DNA from: a virus | Lineage: Duplodnaviria > Caudoviricetes | Direction: 5' to 3' (one strand) | IMG/VR virus record: IMGVR_UViG_3300046813_000011 | Coordinates: 1 to 37,671 of that record | DNA: 37,671 nt | Shown: piece after piece, positions 32,951 to 37,671 of the stretch | Layout of the letters: every line of letters begins with the position of its first letter | How positions within the stretch are numbered: the first letter of the stretch is position 1 | The notes under the pieces: generated by a model | Databases searched by the model: none | Told to the model about the DNA's origin: nothing | Seen by the model: the letters and a program-made list of their open reading frames with translations, nothing else | Made by a program: the position numbers and the translations under genes

Positions 32951-35352
32951 TGGCTTGGTCTACTTCATTCAAAAATGAAATCTCTGATGAAGAAAATGAA
33001 ATTCTTCTAGAGGCAAAAAAGCGTTTTAAGATTTGTGAGAATTGGGAAGCTCAAGCTAGAGTTTATTTTAGATATGATTACAAGTTTGCTAATGCTGATA
33101 GTAATAATATGTATCAATGGGATAATTGGGTAGTTGGTGATAGACAACAAGCTAAGCGTCCATGTTTAACCATTAACAAAACTCAGCAGCACAATCTTCA
33201 AATCATTAATGATGGAAAACAGAATAAGCCGGGAGTAACAATTCGTCCTGTTGGCGAGGAAGCTTCTTTTGAAGCTGCTCAAGTATTTCAGGAAGTGATT
33301 GACCATATTCAATATCAATCTAGTGCTGAAAATGTTTATGATAATGCATCAAAGTTTCAGGTTGATGGAGGATGGGGTTATTGGAGAGTTGCTATAGAAA
33401 AAGTAAATGGAAGCTTTGATAAAGAGATTTATATAAGACGCATTAAAAATCCTCTGTGTGTTTATCTTGATCCTAACATTAATGAAGTTGATGGAAGTGA
33501 TGCTTGGTTTGGCTTTATCTTTGATGATATGGCTAAAGATTTATATGAAGCTCAATATCCTAAATTTAAAGATTTAGGTAATGCCGCGTTCAATGAGACT
33601 GAATATTACGGTTGGATGGATAAGAGCACAGTCAGAGTTTGTGAATATTTTAGGAAAACTCAAGAGGATGATAAATTAGTTTATTTTGTTCTGCCTGAAA
33701 CTCAGGAGGAAATTGGTCCGGTAAAGTGGAGCTTACTGGATAAAGATGCAAGACAAATGTTTAATGAGATTAAAGCTAGGGAAAGCAATCTTCCTCCAGA
33801 AGAAAGAACTTATCAGGAGCAGGATGAGCTAAGCGAAAAAATCGAATGGTTTAAAATTGCTGGCAATAGAATTATTGATCGTAAGCCTTGGCTTGGAGCT
33901 TATATTCCTATTGTTCGTTTGGTAGGAACTGAAACTGTTATTGACGGCATTTGGGATTGCAAAGGGCATACTAGAGCTTTGCTTGATCCTCAGAGAATTT
34001 ATAATATTAATTCAAGTGCTAATGTGGAATTTGGCGCATTACAAACTAAATCCCCGATCATGGCTCCTATGGATGCTGTAGAAGGATTTGAAGAATACTA
34101 CAATAATGCAAATACAAATAATGCAGCTTGGCTTCCTTACAATCATTTAGATGGCGAAGGAAATCCAATTCCTGCTCCGTCTAGAATGCCTGCTCCTGTA
34201 TCGTCACCAGCCTATGTTGAGCAAATGAAAATTGCTCAAGAGGAAATGATGATGGTATCTGGACAATATCAAGCTCAGATGGGGCAGAACGAAAATGCTA
34301 AATCTGGTGTAGCGATTAACGCTAGGCAACGTCAAGGTGATCGTGCAACTTATCATTTCATTGATAATCAAGCAATTGCTATTCGCTTTACTGGTAGAAT
34401 TTTAATTGATCTTATTCCAAAGATTTACGATACCAAACGTGTCATGCGTATTGAGGCTAAAGACAATACAATCATGAATGTGACGATTGATCCTAATGCT
34501 CAACAGCCTTATCAGAAAGTGCCAACTGATCCCAATCAACAGCCTGCTACTGATAATACTCAACAGATCATCGAAATCATCTTTAATCCTAATGTGGGTA
34601 AATATGTAGTCCAATCTGATACTGGTCCTTCGTTTGCTACCAGAAGGCAGGAAGCCTTTAATGCCTTAACTCAGATTGCAGCGCAGAATAAAGAGTTCAT
34701 GAACATTGCTGGTGATATTCTTTGGAAGGTTGCTGACTTTCCTGAAGCTCAAGTTCTGGCTCAACGCTGGAGGAAGATTATTCCGCCAAACATTACTGGT
34801 GATGCTCCAAATCCGCAGCAAGAGCAGATGATGCATCAGGCGGCAGACAAAATTGAGCAGCAGTTAGCTTTAATTGCTAAACAGCAGCAGGAGCTAGACA
34901 ACAAGGATAGGGAATTAACAGTTAAAGAACGTGACATGACGCTAAGGGAACAATTGGCTGGTCATGGTGCTCTAGTTGATGGTGTAGAACAAATTAGGGC
35001 TGATTTTGATGCTATGAGCAAACGCATTACAGCCTTGGGTAATTCTGGTCCTGCATTCGCTCAGGAACAAATTGCTCCACTTCTCAAGCAAGCTGTGCTA
35101 GAGGCTCTGGCGCAGCATGGGCCTGTCACTGATGAGGCTATCGCAGCCAAGGGGCTACATGAGGGCGGTTCGCCGGTAGGCTTACCACAGCCTCCCTCTG
35201 GAGCTTCTGAAGGCGTTGCAAATCAGCAACAGGATAGCTTGCCTGATGTTCCCGGCTCCCGTATGGCTGCTGATGGAAAGCATTATATTCCCCATCAAGG
35301 GGGATATATGGAAGTTTCACCATTAGACGCTGAGCCTGCTGGTAATGCTTGA
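32950..35352 (+). CDS. Portal protein (P22-like)
   Basis: RPCLTINK, GGWGYWRV, YIPIV, SGVAINARQRQGD, GPSFATRRQEA; C-terminal coiled coil; follows terL. Confidence 0.92.
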   Translation: MAWSTSFKNEISDEENEILLEAKKRFKICENWEAQARVYFRYDYKFANADSNNMYQWDNWVVGDRQQAKRPCLTINKTQQHNLQIINDGKQNKPGVTIRPVGEEASFEAAQVFQEVIDHIQYQSSAENVYDNASKFQVDGGWGYWRVAIEKVNGSFDKEIYIRRIKNPLCVYLDPNINEVDGSDAWFGFIFDDMAKDLYEAQYPKFKDLGNAAFNETEYYGWMDKSTVRVCEYFRKTQEDDKLVYFVLPETQEEIGPVKWSLLDKDARQMFNEIKARESNLPPEERTYQEQDELSEKIEWFKIAGNRIIDRKPWLGAYIPIVRLVGTETVIDGIWDCKGHTRALLDPQRIYNINSSANVEFGALQTKSPIMAPMDAVEGFEEYYNNANTNNAAWLPYNHLDGEGNPIPAPSRMPAPVSSPAYVEQMKIAQEEMMMVSGQYQAQMGQNENAKSGVAINARQRQGDRATYHFIDNQAIAIRFTGRILIDLIPKIYDTKRVMRIEAKDNTIMNVTIDPNAQQPYQKVPTDPNQQPATDNTQQIIEIIFNPNVGKYVVQSDTGPSFATRRQEAFNALTQIAAQNKEFMNIAGDILWKVADFPEAQVLAQRWRKIIPPNITGDAPNPQQEQMMHQAADKIEQQLALIAKQQQELDNKDRELTVKERDMTLREQLAGHGALVDGVEQIRADFDAMSKRITALGNSGPAFAQEQIAPLLKQAVLEALAQHGPVTDEAIAAKGLHEGGSPVGLPQPPSGASEGVANQQQDSLPDVPGSRMAADGKHYIPHQGGYMEVSPLDAEPAGNA

Positions 35353-35560
35353 ATTTAAAGACCCTATCCAAGTAATAACACCGTTAGGTAAAGGTAGAGC
35401 GATATTTATAGAAATTACAGGACATGATTATTACTGGACTGTAATTTTAGATAATTGTGCTATAGTTACTTTTACTCAGGATAAAATTAAAGCATGTAGA
35501 AGTTATACGCATAATAGAAGTATTACTAACGATGAAATGATGAACATAATTAATGCCTAA
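35345..35560 (+). CDS. Hypothetical protein
   Basis: PIQVITPLGKG.A...W.V pattern. Confidence 0.65.
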   Translation: MLEFKDPIQVITPLGKGRAIFIEITGHDYYWTVILDNCAIVTFTQDKIKACRSYTHNRSITNDEMMNIINA

Positions 35561-37670
35561 TTTATCAGACTTAATAGATTATCAACCACAGCCTGAAGCA
35601 ATTCCGGCTGATATACCGCGTGTATATGTTGGTGGAGCAGGACTAGAGAACAGGGTTGCTCAGCCTTTGCCTGTTGAAAATCCTATGGGCGATGCTCCTA
35701 CAATTTATACTTCTGATGATACAGAAACTAAAAAGAAGCCTTCTAATTTAAGCCATAACATTGATAAAATTTTAAATAGTCTGTTTAGGGACGATGAACA
35801 GCGTTATCAGCTATGGCCTGAGAAGGTTTTAAGAAGTGGTGCTAGTGCTGCTCATGATGTAATAAGTGGAGAAACACCACAATGGGCTATTGACCCTGTT
35901 ACTGGTGACGTTCATACTTCCCCACAAATGATTGAACGCGCTCAAGATATGTCGGCTCTAGCTGGCACTGGTGGCTTGGCTGGTACTACTGATGCTACGC
36001 TAGGAGCTACCCCATTTTTACGTCCTGCTTTGAAATATAAAGACCGGCTTTACAAGGGTAAAGAAGGTCAACAGCATATGGACGTAATTCCACAACATCT
36101 ATATCCTGAATTTCAGGATATGGCAATGAAAGGTGAGGATATTAGCCATTATAATTTTGGCTTTGTCAATGATAAAGGTCAATTCCTTGATAGAGAAAAA
36201 GCATTAGAATATGGTATTAATACTGGTCTAATTGATCCTCAAGCTGGAAAGTTTGGAGCATTAACCAGTACGTTAATGGCTGATAGTAGCAAACCGGGAA
36301 CTGCTATTGAAGCTTTGGCTAAGAGTGGTCAAGATGCTTTCCACGGTACAGCTACTCCCGGCTTTAACAAATTCAATACTCCTGATGCTGGTCAATACAT
36401 GCCAGATAGAGGTTTGGGGGTTCATGTATCAAAAGACCCTGAGATAGCAAATACTTTTGTTAAAGATAATGGTGCTGTTTATCCTGTTAAAATTCCTCCT
36501 GATGAAAAATTTTATAATGTTAAACAGGATTTGCTACCTTACATAGAGGATAAAAATACTCCTAAGCATGGTCGTAATGTCATTAGTGATCAAAATGCTA
36601 TAGATAGTGAAATTTATAGAGTAGCTTATAAAAAAGACCCTGCGATGTTTGCAAGGTTTTTAGAAGCACGTTGGAATATGAGTAAGGCTGATGCAGAAGC
36701 AGCAGCTAAGAATGTATTAGCTGGTAAGCCTCAAAGGTTTCATGGTCGTCCAGTTGAAGGACTAGACGATTATATTAAACATGATGGTGTAGTTAAAAGC
36801 TGGAATGAAGCTGACAGAGCTAAGGCAATAGAAATATTTAAAAAGGATTTACAAGACAAAGGTTATGCTGGTGTAAAATACATCAATACTTCTCCTATGG
36901 AAACAGCTAATGCTAAGGATCATACTAGTTATGTGATTTTTAAACCTAATGAGCATATCCTTTCAAAATATACAAATACACTTATGTCAGATAGCTCTAA
37001 GCCGGGAGCAGCAATTCAGGCTATGAAGAATTGGACTATCAAAGGCCATGAGAATAGCGATTGGTATCATGGTTCTGTGCGTTCTGATCGTATAGCAGAG
37101 AGTGGTAAGTTTGATCCTAAACGTGCAACATCAGGACCAATGCCGTATTTTACTGATGATCCTGAAATGGCATCAGCTTATGCTATGGGCAAAAAGCCTG
37201 ATACCTCATTAGCTAAATCTGACACTGGAGAAAGCGTAGCTAACTACTTTACGGTAGCTTCTAAAGATTTAGGTTATACTAGAGCTAAAACACCAATGAC
37301 TGTTGAACAGAGCTATCATCATTTGCCTAAAGAAAAGCAAGCTGAGATAGCAGATAAAGCTCATAGAATTGGTTATGAAAATAGGGATGCTGCTGAAGGT
37401 CCGTTTACTTTACATAATGAGCATGGCGGTCCTTCCAGCAAAGAGCATTACGATTATATCTTAAAGCATGAAGCTAAGGGTAATCCTTTAGCTGCTTTGC
37501 GTATCCTATGGCATGATAGTGGTAATTTAATTGGTAATGAAAGTGAACTAGCTGATATTTATAAGTTAGCTGGATACCCACATAAGATCAGTGAAAATAC
37601 CGCACCTTGGGTAGAAGCTAGGGGAGTGGTGCCAGTTAAATTAAAAATGAACAATCCTCTTAAGACTGAT
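35553..37670 (+). CDS. Large modular protein with tandem ADP-ribosyltransferase-like (ART-PolyVal-type) domains (truncated by the window)
   Basis: Open from ATG 35553 to the edge. FHGT...GVHVSKDPEIA...VYPVKI...KGYAGVKY.N...SYVIF, then WYHGS...PYFTDDPEMASAYA...VVPVKLKMNNP. Repeated linker TLM[AS]DSSKPG[TA]AI[EQ]A. Confidence 0.8.
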   Translation, partial: MPNLSDLIDYQPQPEAIPADIPRVYVGGAGLENRVAQPLPVENPMGDAPTIYTSDDTETKKKPSNLSHNIDKILNSLFRDDEQRYQLWPEKVLRSGASAAHDVISGETPQWAIDPVTGDVHTSPQMIERAQDMSALAGTGGLAGTTDATLGATPFLRPALKYKDRLYKGKEGQQHMDVIPQHLYPEFQDMAMKGEDISHYNFGFVNDKGQFLDREKALEYGINTGLIDPQAGKFGALTSTLMADSSKPGTAIEALAKSGQDAFHGTATPGFNKFNTPDAGQYMPDRGLGVHVSKDPEIANTFVKDNGAVYPVKIPPDEKFYNVKQDLLPYIEDKNTPKHGRNVISDQNAIDSEIYRVAYKKDPAMFARFLEARWNMSKADAEAAAKNVLAGKPQRFHGRPVEGLDDYIKHDGVVKSWNEADRAKAIEIFKKDLQDKGYAGVKYINTSPMETANAKDHTSYVIFKPNEHILSKYTNTLMSDSSKPGAAIQAMKNWTIKGHENSDWYHGSVRSDRIAESGKFDPKRATSGPMPYFTDDPEMASAYAMGKKPDTSLAKSDTGESVANYFTVASKDLGYTRAKTPMTVEQSYHHLPKEKQAEIADKAHRIGYENRDAAEGPFTLHNEHGGPSSKEHYDYILKHEAKGNPLAALRILWHDSGNLIGNESELADIYKLAGYPHKISENTAPWVEARGVVPVKLKMNNPLKTD

Positions 37671-37671
37671 A

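Noticed and set aside
1-37671. Alternative genetic code (stop-codon reassignment)
   Set aside because: Long genes are intact in code 11, and TAA, TAG and TGA all end genes with tight coupling to the next start.

Overview
AT-rich double-stranded DNA phage genome fragment (tailed phage with a P22-like portal; an alphaproteobacterial host is my inference). Layout: (1) 1-8112, minus-strand DNA replication/recombination operon: DNA polymerase exonuclease domain, SF2 helicase, Cas4-like exonuclease, DUF669-type SSB, Acb2/Tad1-like signal sponge, Sak4-like ATPase, GIY-YIG nuclease. (2) From a divergent control region, a plus-strand primase-helicase and a candidate origin. (3) ~11-25 kb, many small accessory genes, with an array of one-gene units each preceded by the same TTGACT-N12-CCGTC-YATAAC-like promoter, several structured RNA candidates and tRNA-Leu(UAA). 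(4) terS, then a 5.6-kb block of mostly signal-peptide-bearing Gly/Ser/Thr-rich proteins, terL, portal, and a truncated modular protein with tandem ADP-ribosyltransferase-like domains. Most striking observations: a complete CCA-ending tRNA-Gln(UUG) cloverleaf nested in-frame on the coding strand inside the primase-helicase gene; the secreted-paralog cluster between terS and terL; the linker-punctuated ART polyprotein; a shared Trp short motif on replication and packaging proteins; and apparent avoidance of CCWGG and GANTC. All family calls come from recognising motifs by eye; no searches were run.
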